From Laetmonice hystrix (taxonomy: Eukaryota): a stretch of DNA of 64,000 nt. The notes below the pieces were generated by a model. That model was not told the origin of the DNA. It saw only the letters and a program-made list of their open reading frames with translations, and did no database searches. Positions 13,312-25,302 of this stretch are shown piece by piece. The translations under genes were made by a program, and so were the position numbers. Positions within the stretch are counted from its first letter, which is position 1. Every line of letters starts with the position of its first letter. The stretch spans positions 28,274,001-28,338,000 of the forward strand of contig OZ249436.1 of NCBI GenBank assembly GCA_965235115.1, read 5' to 3'.

Positions 13312-14217
13312 CCCATGGCCTGTCATAAACTCTTGAGCCTCACACGCGTGCGCCGACCCTGTTCATCAACTGCAACCGCTGCAATGTGAAGGATCCCACT
13401 GAGGAGCGTCCGAGTCGTAGCACCGCACGCTGAACTAGACCGGACGGCCGCACAGACCAAAGGAGGGAGGGAGCGCGTGGCACAGCGAGCATTTCGCGGC
13501 GAGCATTTCGGAGCCGCCCGCCGTCCAAGGAGCACGTAGGAGGGAACTCCAGGCTCTCCAGCACGGAGGTATAGGTGGGTCCCAATGTTGTTGTACAGGG
13601 ATCGACACTAGCTATACTCTAATTGCAGGTGTCTCACTAGATCGATACAGATGCGCACCTATTTTGCCAAATAGCACGTGCTTGTCGGTGGATCCGTTTA
13701 ACATTTACAATAACAGTGAGACATGTACAAACCAGAGCTTTGTTTGAAGGCAACTTAACAGTGGTACAAAAAAAACAATAGGGGTCTTTTCTTCTTTTAC
13801 GTAGAAAGAAATAGCAAAGTAGGTGTTACTAAACAGGAAAGATCACTAATTATGAGGTCGGTATCCTCACATTATATTGCCTGTTCGGGAAACGGGTAAA
13901 AAAATTAAGTTTAACTACACAATGTTCTTCCCGTAACATCCCATGAGTGTAATATAGATTTCACATCGATTTTTGCCGTGTGCCTTTCGTTGATACCACT
14001 GTAATAATGACGTGTTGAACGTATGAGGGGGTCAGTAGACAGCGTGACCTATGGCGTGGCTGCCCGTTCTTGACGCCTCCACACCTTGGCTCACTGCTCA
14101 CAATATTCAGGTTGGTCCACCACTGCCGGCGGGACAAGGGTAGGCGTGAACGCGCACCTGCGGCAAAAATGGGAAGATGGCTTGGGCAGATTACGACTCT
14201 GACGCGACCTAAGATAG

Positions 14218-14389
14218 CAGGGACCGCGGAAGCGGGGGGGGGGGGGGGGCGGTTGAGCCCCCCCCCCCACTTTTTTCTGAAAGCCATTTTTTAATACAAG
14301 TTTTTTTAAATAAAAAAATCTCCAATAGTTTCCAGGCTCATCCCAAACTGCAGCCCCCCCCCCCTGTCGAAACTGTTCCGCGGTCCCTG
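14218..14389. mobile_element. hAT-like MITE with 6-bp TSD
   Basis: Perfect 14-bp TIR CAGGGACCGCGGAA / TTCCGCGGTCCCTG, AGATAG on both flanks. Confidence 0.85.
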
Positions 14390-14789
14390 AGATAGTGTCC
14401 CAAAACCTAACTACCATTAGAGAATCTACATAAAGAGATCGGGCCGTAGGAGATGTAAGCCACTTAGTTTCCATCTTCCAATTATCCCTCTTGCATCCAC
14501 TCCCGTTCTCCAAAATCCTGGATCCTCCCCAAATATTTGTAGTCGTAGCAGAGCTACTAAGGCGATTGTCCTTGCGACGTCCATGCGAATTTGACATCGC
14601 CCTTTTATTTTACTGCGATTTTGAGATTAAAAGATGGAATCTATTTACATCAACAGGGAAGGCCAGGCAGAAAAAATACAGGATGAAATTCCACAATCAA
14701 ATAAAAAATCTCAAGGACGCCGCAAGGAAAATCGCCTAAGTGGATACAGTAGGCTACATGCACACCAAATAGGTGCTCCGCCGATCGCT

Positions 14790-15100
14790 GGTCAGGCGAT
14801 GGTCTCATGCGATTATCGCATGGGATTCTCCCCATCGCATGCGATGGTGCCGGCCTTGCACACCAGTGCGATTATCCCATGCGATGATGATCTGCATCGC
14901 CTGGGTCCGCAGTTGCAGACGTGATGGATGATGATATCCATTTTCCCCCACTTCTGGGGAAGCTGCATGCTGCTAGTATCTATGGACGATAACGAAGTAC
15001 CGAGACGAAGAACGTGGGGGAGAGAGTGGTTGAAAAAAAAGAAACAACCACTGAAGCCCATGCGATAGTCGCCGCGATGGTGGGGTTTCCATACGATGCG
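14790..15100 (+). mobile_element. Possible degraded PIF/Harbinger fragment
   Basis: Many CCCATGCGAT/ATCGCATGGG palindromic subrepeats. A short frame PRRRTWGREWLKKK (about 15000-15045) resembles the RRxWVRxWL N-terminal motif of Harbinger transposases. Confidence 0.3.
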
Positions 15101-15927
15101 GGGATTCAGTATATTGATCTTCATTTTAAAAGGTAGCTCTTGCCCCCCGGCATCTATGCGTTGACCTGCCATCCTGAAACTATGAATTTTAAATGACCTT
15201 GCCATATTTGCCCTTTGGCCTCTTCCGTATAGACGAGTGAAGTATGAAGATTACCCACACCGAATCTGAACCTGTTTCAGTGTTTGTAACACGAAAACTC
15301 ATAGTGCGTGCCAATTAAAATGTCACTGTGCTTCTGTTTGGAAAACGTAGCTGTGAGGAGAGCGGTGTTTGTTTCAGCCACCGCTACGTGTATGCACAAG
15401 TAGAGCGCTGTAATCAACCCCAGGTCATCTGTTATCCGCTGGCTTTAGGGAGCACTCTGTGAGTGGGGGCTGTCAGTTCCACAGGGCAACACTCACCGCA
15501 TGATGTAGAACCTTGGGCTCGGCCGAATCAGATTCACAGCTTGAGTCAATCCTCCGCCCCAAACCATCAATTTATTATTTCAACACGTAGAATCCAAATG
15601 TTGTTCCATAAAAGGGTTTCATTATACGTGTACACGCATTAGTATTTGCTATGAGTTCCTATTGATTTCTTAACACACAAAGATTCGTGATGGTCTTATG
15701 GTTTATCTGTTTTAGAATATCCAAGTATATTGCTGTTTCGTAACCAAGAATTAGACCTTTATTTTCTTACGATAAAGAAATAAAACTACATATAAACGCG
15801 CGTGGAAATGATAAATAAAATAGTGGCGAGGAGATATTTGAAACGGGGAAGGAGCTCATCAGAGTCTAGAGCCCTGCATGGTATGGTTCCTGCATGAGTT
15901 TTCGCTTCTGGATGGCCCTTCGTACTA

Positions 15928-16139
15928 CAAGGTGAGTTAAAAAAAACCGCTCTTTTTTACTTCGTATTTTTTTCCTCGAAATATAAGAAAGTGATTCTGC
16001 ATTTGGTTATGTGTTCATCTTCATACGGTTGTTGAGCGCGTGGACTGCTGCTTCTAACGTATCACGTAACATCCTGATACACGTGTATTGAAATATGAAC
16101 AAATACAACGTAAAAAAAAACGTTTTTTTACTCACCCTG
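15928..16139. mobile_element. Tc1/mariner MITE
   Basis: TIR CAAGGTGAGTTAAAAAAAAC / GTTTTTTTACTCACCCTG, flanked by TA on both sides. Confidence 0.75.
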
Positions 16140-16310
16140 TATAATTATATCGTCGCGTCGAAGACCTACAAATGCAACTGTCGCAGTGGATAGCAGCCTT
16201 CTTTCTGCATGGCCGATTCACATCTTATTTTCCAAAACACTTCGGAGACTTCAAATACATTTTCCCGTTCATATATATAGCTGATCTATATAGATACCTT
16301 TAGCAAACGC

Positions 16311-16313
16311 TAT

Positions 16314-16344
<31 letters not shown>

Positions 16345-16353
16345 TTCATATAT

Positions 16354-16384
<31 letters not shown>

Positions 16385-16430
16385 TTCATTCATTCATTTA
16401 TTTATTCATACATTATTCATTCATTTATTA
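16311..16430. repeat. (TTTA/TTCA)n microsatellite
   Basis: Direct reading of the sequence. Confidence 0.95.
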
Positions 16431-17693
16431 TAATTTTTTTAAAATTAAGTATATATTATGTAAATATGATAACGTAAACTTTACGTTCAGGTAAATAATG
16501 GTATGATCAGTAAAGATTTATAGACAAGGTTAACCATATGCCACTCTGATTAGATAGGTATAATCGAAAGTGAACATTTGAGCAGATAGTCTGTACCCTG
16601 GTCATATTGTCTCGTCTGCCCCTGTGGTGGCACATTTGTATTACTTCCACGTCGAGTTCCAGCAGTCTGTGAGGGATAATTTAATTATGGATTCTCAAGA
16701 TAGTAGCAGGGACACATAACTGTGCCCTCCCGGGAAATGGTTTGGACATTCAAAAGAGAGCAACCTGAGAAAAACGACATATCTCTCCATGGGAAACCAT
16801 CTGGTACGTCTGCGACGCGACTGAAGTACTAGTAGTGTATGGAGAGTTGGATAACGGAGCGGGCAGTTCCAATGATCGCAAACATCAGATTACATTTTAT
16901 CTTGTAACATAACCTTCTTTGCTCTTCCTTCTTACATTTGATTTTCAACTTTGTTTACCTCAGACATGCCACCTTACATTTGTCTGTTTCCTAGTGTTTC
17001 ATTTCCTTCAGGGACTAGAAGTTAGCACTCTTCAAACTTATGTAATATTTTTTATTCGTGATTTGTCTTCTTATAAGCTTTGTGAGAATTACAAATTCTG
17101 TGTCTCTTGTATTAGACTAAGTCCAAAAGAACATTATACCAAAGACAATGGGCATGGAACTGCCCTGGGAGAACTGCCCTGAAATGCATGCATGCGGTAT
17201 GGTTTGAAGAGAGAGGAGGCCGGGTTATTCTGGTTTGACGTGAAAATGCCATCCTTCTTTTTCGACCTACATCTCCTCGTGGCAACCTGATGTAACGTTT
17301 TATATGATTCTCATTCTTTCACAAAGTATTAATACGGTTTAAATTGGCAACCGTCGATAATCCCATAAAGAATATCTCTTTACATGCCGATACTGTGTAA
17401 GCTGTTAGCTTCGATTCGAACACCTTGAGCCGTGTTTTTTCTCGTAGACAACGTGGTCTTTTCACAGTAATATCTAAGATGGTCGACTACAGCAATTCTA
17501 TACCGTCTATTTCTTTCAGTGTACAGAGGCTGACAGTGTACTGTCCCTTGTTCTCAGATGACGTTTGTTTGACAAGTGATATAGGTATTCATACAGATAG
17601 AATATGAAATGTACATTTTAGCACGTGCTTAGATCTATACTGTCTTTCCAGAGAGGCAGTCCGCCATCAGTGCCGCCAAAGCCGTCTATAAAG

Positions 17694-19178
17694 ATGCCCA
17701 TTTCCTGTCTGTTGCTGTTAGTCAACTGGTTACCGCTAATTGGCGCCCTTCGGGATGTCGACATACTTCCGCCTTACGACCCTTCAAAGACTGATATTGA
17801 TGATCTCCTTCACGGCGAACACTTCAACGACATTCTATACTCGAATCAAGACACTGCTAACATAGACGCTCTCCTTGTGCTTTACTCGGATCACTGCAAA
17901 CAGAAAACGGAACTTTTACAACTTGATCACGTCCGTCGCGACGTCATGGGAAGCTCATTCCTAGCTTTGCTGCGCCATGATTACAAAGCCATGCGGCATA
18001 GCGTGTGGTTTGATATTACACATGAGTCTTACGACCTCGCACAGCGCTATGGTGCGCGGATCACCAGTAACTGTCCATGTTTGGTGTTCATCAAGAGAGG
18101 GGAAACAAAAGACACTGTTCACACATGCAGAAGTGGTATTACCTCTTTAGAAATGCTAAAGGATTGGATATGGTCGGAGATCTCGTTCATTATTTACATT
18201 ATTAACAAACACAATGCTCCGCTTAAAATCTCATTCTTTGGAAAAGGTCCTCAGCTGCAGTCTCTCTTTCTTCCTCTCAACAGTGCCGCTAAGGCCAAGG
18301 TCTATCTCTCTTACACCGTGTTTGCTCATACTCTGGAAGACGGAGATTTCCTCAATGCATGGATCATAAGAAATAACGACACGATAGAGGTGACCCGGTC
18401 GTTTAATACAAACATAAATGAGATCTCTTGGGGGATGAACACGAGGATACAAATCGAGGAGGCCGAGGACGGATTACGTCTGCTCCACGAATCGCACGCC
18501 AGACGACATTACAACATCTTAACCCAACCGCCCCGCGTCCATAACTTCACAGCCCTCGGCTTCACCAAGACGCGAATACCAACGTCTGTTTACATAGAAC
18601 TGGTGAGGATCTATAAATCTCAGCAAGATCTCCTCGAAGACGAATACTACCCGACGTATTATAGTTTTTGGAACCTGGACGAAGTAAATATACAACAGAC
18701 GACGTTATCCGCTGCCGACGCTGCACGATTTGCCGACCAACTCCGACCAGAGTTAGAGAAATGGTGTCAGTGCTACCTCATGGCCACGGCCGGCGAAGGC
18801 ATCGTCACACGGATCAGAAAATATCCCACATTGTCACGAGTTCGAATGCACGTCGACGAATTAGAATCAGGCCACGTTATTGGTGCCATTTTGCATATTG
18901 AACGGGAATTGGGTGGAGAGGACAACTGGCCTTTGGAAGTAATCGATTTCCAAGGGCATCATCACAAGATTACGATGGATCCTGGAGAAATGGTGCTTTT
19001 TGAAGCTTCAAAACTTGTCCACGGACGGCCGTCTGTCTTCAAAGGACTTTCCTACGTTAACTGTTTCTTTTACTTCATGCCGCGTGAAGGCTGGCACGAT
19101 GGGCAATTCAATGTGCCATCGCGAACTGACAGTCAACCACAAAAACCGACTGTTACTGACGAGAAACTGGAGTTGTAA
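17694..19178 (+). CDS. Predicted secreted/ER 2-oxoglutarate-Fe(II) oxygenase-family protein with N-terminal thioredoxin-like domain (494 aa, single coding exon)
   Basis: Uninterrupted 1.5-kb ORF. Acceptor tctttccag at 17651, then the first ATG at 17694 opens a hydrophobic signal peptide (MPISCLLLLVNWLPLIGA). The C-terminal part has IRKY...RMHVD (HxD, 18849-57), HVIGAILHI, WPLEVID, PGEMVLFEASKLVHGRP (distal His at 19020) and YVNCFFYF, typical of the DSBH 2OG-Fe(II) fold. Ends in KLEL. Confidence 0.85.
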   Translation: MPISCLLLLVNWLPLIGALRDVDILPPYDPSKTDIDDLLHGEHFNDILYSNQDTANIDALLVLYSDHCKQKTELLQLDHVRRDVMGSSFLALLRHDYKAMRHSVWFDITHESYDLAQRYGARITSNCPCLVFIKRGETKDTVHTCRSGITSLEMLKDWIWSEISFIIYIINKHNAPLKISFFGKGPQLQSLFLPLNSAAKAKVYLSYTVFAHTLEDGDFLNAWIIRNNDTIEVTRSFNTNINEISWGMNTRIQIEEAEDGLRLLHESHARRHYNILTQPPRVHNFTALGFTKTRIPTSVYIELVRIYKSQQDLLEDEYYPTYYSFWNLDEVNIQQTTLSAADAARFADQLRPELEKWCQCYLMATAGEGIVTRIRKYPTLSRVRMHVDELESGHVIGAILHIERELGGEDNWPLEVIDFQGHHHKITMDPGEMVLFEASKLVHGRPSVFKGLSYVNCFFYFMPREGWHDGQFNVPSRTDSQPQKPTVTDEKLEL

Positions 19179-20170
19179 TTGCTTGGGTATAATTATACCT
19201 AATTTGGCGTAATTATATTGAAATCCTCGTGACTGCCATTTTCCTTTCATTATCGGGACAGTAAGATACGTTACCGTCAGCTCCTGTATAACCTACCATG
19301 ACTCAACATGGAAATCGCTCGTTTTTTTAAGAATGTGGGGCGCACGGACAGCGCAGTGATGGGGCATTGATGTGTTTGAGATGACGTGATAATGGAATAT
19401 ATCGAAATACAAAGTAGGCCCCTCACAGTGTTGTTTCCTTTATCTAGGGGCTGTCGCTGACAATGATTGATCAAAGCATTGCGTGATACACACACTCATT
19501 CGTCTAAATTAGACGAAGAGGGGACTCCCATTATGGCTAAGAACCCAATATACCTATAGAGATGATACCCAAAAAATACCTCAGTTCTTTACACAACTAT
19601 TGAGAGCAAATTAGGGGCAAAAGAGGGCATAGAACAAGTATTTCCCTCCCACAACTTTGCCCCCCCCCCCTCTCAAAAATCCCCTCCAACATATATGCTA
19701 TATATTTTATAAGTTGCTGTAATATACACCGTACGTGGATGTACCGATGGTTCAGGCAGTAATCTCAATGTACTGTGTCAGGAACAAAATATGCCAACCC
19801 AGTTCAGATCTGACTTACAGTTCTGTTTTTCTTTCAGTGAAGGGCTTCATTGAAAACATGCCATCCCCTTCTTATTTTCCTAAATATAACGGGATCTCAT
19901 ATTTCTTCTGTTTTTGTCAAATGGACTTCATCTTTTTAAAGAAAACAGGAGCCACGTTGAAACGTTAAAACCCTCGGTTACTTGAAGGGCCCTAAAAAGG
20001 TCAAATCTAACAGTATACTCGGTACGTGACCTGTGATGTATGTAGCGGTTTGGTCGCTTTTCTCTACCTAGATCAGGATCAAATTATTCCAGAACAGTGG
20101 AAGGTTGTAACGTAACTGGAATATTTAGATCCTGTGAGAAAGGAAGGATCGCCATCCATTATCCCGGGGA

Positions 20171-20340
20171 ATTTGGATTGGGGGTTTACGCCTTCACAAC
20201 AGCCAGGGTCACATCATGGCGGTTAGTTTTACTGGTTGAGGAAACCGGAGTACCCGGAGTAAACCACTGACCTTACAGCAGATAACTGACAAACATTCTC
20301 ACGTCCGGCTTGACGAGCCAGAGACCTAACCCACTGGGAT
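20171..20340 (-). mobile_element. Diverged, partial V-type SINE related to the copy at 61126
   Basis: Reverse complement contains GTTTGTCAGTT...GGTTTACTCCGGGTACTCCGGTTTCCTC..CCA...GACCCTGGCTGTTG..AGGCGTAAACCCC, colinear with 61220-61380. Confidence 0.8.
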
Positions 20341-23300
20341 ACTGAGCCCCAGGAACGATTATACTTAATTTCCGCCGACTGATCAGAATACGCACACATT
20401 TCCATTACCCTCCCAAAACTGAACGTGGTGGCGCTGCCTATGTCCGCAGGTTCTTCTTCTTTCGTTATGTTTAACTATTTTAAATTGCTTTATCGTCTGA
20501 ACGTCGATCGTCAATAGAACAAACGCAGTATAAAGCAAGGGAAAAGTTTCCTTCTTCAACGACGCATTGGATAACCAAAAAAACAACAAATAGACACACA
20601 TGACAAAATACATTTCAGTTTATTGGCAACCACAAAATGGTGCCATATTAACAATATATCAAATATGTACTGATTATAAGTATGGTATAGTGGGCAGTAA
20701 ATCTCTGCTAGGTCTAACCGGTGAGGTAATATTCGCATTCATGCCTGGTATACCGCTATGGATTTTGTTACAAATTCGGTCACTCTCAACTCCTCGGAAC
20801 CGTTTAGACAGAACACCGACTCCGACTTTTAGTAGTCACATACTGCACATAAACTAATAACAACTGCTTCAAACAAACATTCCTTCATATTACCACCACT
20901 GTTACATTCGTAGGGGAACTGTTTTTAACTTTTAACAATCATTCAGTCACGATCGCCAAAGTGACACAATATTAAGGCCTGACAACATGGCAGCCCGATA
21001 ATAGGTGGGTGGTAAAGGGGGGCATTCCCCCAGAGATCTTGTTTGCCCTCCTCATTAATGTTGGGCACTATAGATAAAAGTATAATATACGTCTTTCTCC
21101 TTGATTTTCCGTTCCCCCCACTTTTCTCCTCTGAATTGTTAATTCTGGCACCGCCACGGCCAAACAATACATGTAACAACACCTTATTGATTAGAAAACA
21201 GAAGAAAAATAAAGTCAGCTTGAAATTTCTAACGTCTCTTTTGCGGAAGGCAATCCATTATAAAAACCGTTCTGAAACATAATTGACAGAAATGGCGAGA
21301 CAAGAAGAGACTGCATCAGGCCCACGTCTTGTAAATGATAAAAATGGAACGGATAAAATTAAAAAGAGACATCCCGGTTTCATTGAAATCCAGGTTTATG
21401 ATCGACGAGGGAAGCCCTCGCATAGCGATTTCTGCTGCTTTAAAACCATAAAATAATGGAATCAATTATGAAAGACCACCTCATCTCCTGATGATGAACA
21501 TCCCTTAACCGCCACACAATTTGAATCCTACAAGTTTGAAAGCCTATCTCATTAAGGAAAACACCACATCTGAGGAACCAGCTTTCATACGGTATAAATA
21601 AATGCACACTAGTGGGATTAATACATAACGGCTAATGGGCTTTCCCGAATCAAACACTACGTACAATTTAACACGAGGAAATGTTGACGCCTTCAAACCA
21701 TTTATTTTTTATAATTCTTCCACGGATAAAATATATAATTTATCTATAATATTTGAACGGCACGGGTATGAACCGTTTTACCTTTCTTATAATCCTATAC
21801 TTACTACACCGTAGATATAAAAATATATTAGACATCTAAAATAGACCCCTTCCCCGATCCAGTATATTATGAGAGACAGTGTAAATAATGACATTTTAGT
21901 CATTTTATACAGTTGAAAGAATGCATGGCCCGGGTTTTCAAAACTGTAAGTTCTTGCTTAATGACCAGCTTAAGCCTCTGATTAGCCGGTCTGCTTAAGC
22001 AAAAACTTAAGTCAAAAAAGACTCTCCCTGGACCCATGTCTTAACAGCCTCAACCAGACAATCCTGATAAAAATTCACGCCTTTCACACACCCTAACTCA
22101 AGGCCGAGAAAAAAAACATGAAGACATCTTAAATCTTTTACTGTTCGACTACACTTTTCAGAGCCGCAGTCAAAGTCAGTCTTTCCCATACTGTCGGGAA
22201 TCACAGCGTGGGTCTGTGAACCATATCCGGCTGAATTTGAAATAAGTTTTTTTTTCCATTTCCCATCTCGTAAATCCCCCACACTTCCTCCGATTTAGAG
22301 CCAGCGATTTAGTGAATTAAAATTCGACAGTCATGGACCCGTAAAAAATATGCCATGCTGTAAAACAATGCCAGTTAATTATCCATGAAAACCCTTCGAT
22401 CCCAACTCGGGACGATGGCCATTTCTGACTGGGATCTTGAACAAAATTGGGATCGCAAGATCACCAGTGCGCTTTTCTGCGTCGATCACACTGTCACCGG
22501 CCTTGATTGACGTGCCAGCCCGTGTTTGAGAACAAACCAATCGAATACATCGTTCATCGTAATCACATTTTGATAACCGACCGGGCACAGCGGTCCAAGA
22601 GCTGCCATGATTACGTTCGTAAGTAAACGTTACACAGCGCCATACACGTACCTATGCTGAGGACGTAACTAGGATTAGCTTCCCACTGTATTTACACGGC
22701 TTTTCTGGTTTACTTCACACGGGACATGTCGATGGCAATGGGTCTGGCTATTTCCTAGTTTAATTACCACTAATTTTCCTCTATAGTTGATGTCTGTGGC
22801 GTCCTCCAATGACTATTAATTTTAGGGGGGGAGGTTCCAACCTCAAGCAGTTTTAAAACTCGTATAGATTGACTCGCTTTGAAGATGCATTCTATATTCC
22901 AGTGTGCTCTCCAGGCTGAAGGCTGGCGAACGTAAACCTAGTTTTACACATTATTTTCAACAGTCCATGCCTTATGGAGACAGTTGCTGTATAAAACACT
23001 GACTATCGCTCCAACTATTTCTATACCGACAGACATTACCATATCACAAACTCACTTTTTTTGGTGCTCGTTCTCTTTGTGCTAGCAGTTCTGTCACTCA
23101 TGTCATTCACTGCCCTCGTGGTCAGACTTTGGCAAGGGTCATGGCGTCGTTTTTCACCCGCATTTCTCAGCGGTGGTGAAACCAGCCAAACTCTTGGCTT
23201 CTTTGTTGAAAGGTTAGCTGAAGGATGCCTTTGTAAGGAGTGTTAGACTAGTGCGTGCAGCGAGGACGTTAGTAAAAAAAATACGTCGCCAGCAAAGGTC

Positions 23301-23838
23301 AGTTTCCATGGTACCAGCCACTCAGCGACACATCGTGGCTGTCTGTAAGAAGAAAGGGACCCCGCTTGTTTGACGAACTCGACGTCAAAGTATCCCCTCC
23401 CTCTTTGGTCTCTTCTGTAGCCCAATTAGGACAAGAAGCAACCACAGAGCAAAAGCCGAGGAAACCCGCACATGGTCAATCAGCAATGGGCAGGAGTCCA
23501 AAGTCAACAAGACTAGTGTCTCGGCTTAAAGCTGCTCCCTTTTTAAACCCCAAAATAAAACTTATTTTTTGATCTATAACTAATATTTGGTACATATAAT
23601 ATAAGGCTCCTTTGTCGCGCCAATTAGAATCAAGTCGTTTCGGACGTTATCCGTGCAAATAAAAATGCCGACCCTGGCGCTCCGAATGACGTCAGCACCA
23701 TAATTACTCTCACTTCCGGGGAATCCCTAAGTTCGACATCCTCCTTGTTGCCTCTAGCGGAAGTGGAAAGAACATGTGTCCGCGCAGCAGCGGGGCTTCC
23801 CCAACAATATTTATAGATCTGGCAATCGTCAATCACTC

Positions 23839-24515
23839 GGTATCATCCCGCTAGCCCCCCGCCCGCTAGCCCCCCGTTTAGACAGGGCCGAAGGTGTGAG
23901 AAATCTGTGCCGCTAGCCCCCCTCTCGGCTGTTCCACTATCAGGCACTCCCCCTTATGAGATTTGGGGTGGTCAGCGGTCAGGGATGGTAAGGGCAAGGA
24001 ACTTGCATTGTAATGTATAGTTCTTTGTTAAGGGATAACTAAAAGGCAAGCGACAAATAATTAGGGGGTGTTACTAGATATATAAATGACTGATTACGGG
24101 TGTTACGGGACTGAAACTGTATTATGGTGTTAGTTAGAATCACAGTTATACACTCAACCACTGCCTTACTTAGTATTGTCCATCATATGGCCAACCGCCT
24201 TCATGTAGGACTCCATCATTCTGTGGCATATCATAGTCTAAGCCTAACTGGTGCAATCGGGAGTCAATAATTTTTCTTTCTTTTGGGGGCTGGCTGACCT
24301 GCCTGCATCGGCAGCATATGAACCGCCAAGTCCCGCCGTTGACCCCCCCCCCCTCACCAACTCCGTCCACGCCTCAGTGGTGGTGGTGGTGGGGGGGGGG
24401 GGGGTTGTGTCAGGGAGTGGAACAGCCGAGCGGGGGGCTACCGGCACAGATTTCTCACACCTTCGGCCTTGTCTAAACGGGGGGCTAGCGGGCGGGGGGC
24501 TAGCGGGGGTAATCC
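23839..24515. mobile_element. Non-autonomous DNA transposon with about 100-bp TIRs and 8-bp TSD (Merlin- or MULE-like)
   Basis: 23839-23940 is the inverted complement of about 24415-24515 (GCTAGCCCCCC repeats, GCCGAAGGTGTGAGAAATCTGTGCCG). GG...CC termini. AATCACTC on both flanks (23831-38 and 24516-23). Confidence 0.85.
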
Positions 24516-25302
24516 AATCACTCAATGGTTGGGTGTCACGAAGGAAGGTCGCAGTTAGTGCACGCTACCGGTATTCTTACCATATGCGCAGTTGTTTTGC
24601 TTCCATTTTAATAGAAGACGGCAGACAAATCAATTTTGTGTCATATCAGAGGGGGGAATTGTTCGGCTTTAAAAACAGAGCCGCTTTAAAGAACGCTTTC
24701 TGATAAAGATTATATCACAGTACACAAAAACAAAAACCAAAAATAAAACGGAGTGGATATTTTGACAAATCCATTTACCAACCATCACATATGAGTGAGT
24801 CCCCTCCACGCGTCCATTATCGGCACCTTCAATGTTCCCGCCCTCGAGTTGCCGTCTGCCACTAACGTTATACAAACGTTATACAAAACCAGACAGCCTA
24901 TAAAATCGGCATGCTAACTAGCATCTACAACATACAACGAAACGTGTGGAAACTCGAGGCACGCGCTCGGGGCGTGGGACTGTGTCCTGTAAGTCCCCGC
25001 ACCAAGTATCATCAACATCCAGAATATAACGTCAACAATCTATATTTGGTTATTTCTACACTTCGCCAATGTACACCTCTCACTAATGAATGCCAAGTAA
25101 ACCATACGCTTTATGTTGGTTCGCTTGTATAATATGTTTTTTTACGATTTACAGACCAGCGCAATATACCACAGACTCATTGAAATACCATGATTACGAA
25201 TCGGTACCTGATCAACTGAATTATTCTGTAGGGCTACCTCTACCATTACTCATTTACAAGTATAGCCTGTAAACGAGTCAAGATGATAACACATCATATG
25301 GG

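Noticed and set aside
13395..13445. Hammerhead-ribozyme-like CTGAGGA followed by a stem
   Set aside because: The stem is followed by TGAAC rather than the invariant GAAA, and stems I and III were not found.
7441..15205. Numerous 60-170 aa ORFs in the ORF track
   Set aside because: No recognisable domains or exon chains; many use alternative starts, overlap MITEs or derive from poly-G/C tracts.
17625..17693. N-terminal 23 aa of the 517-aa ORF call
   Set aside because: Starts at GTG and spans a splice acceptor at 17651. The ATG at 17694 begins the signal peptide.
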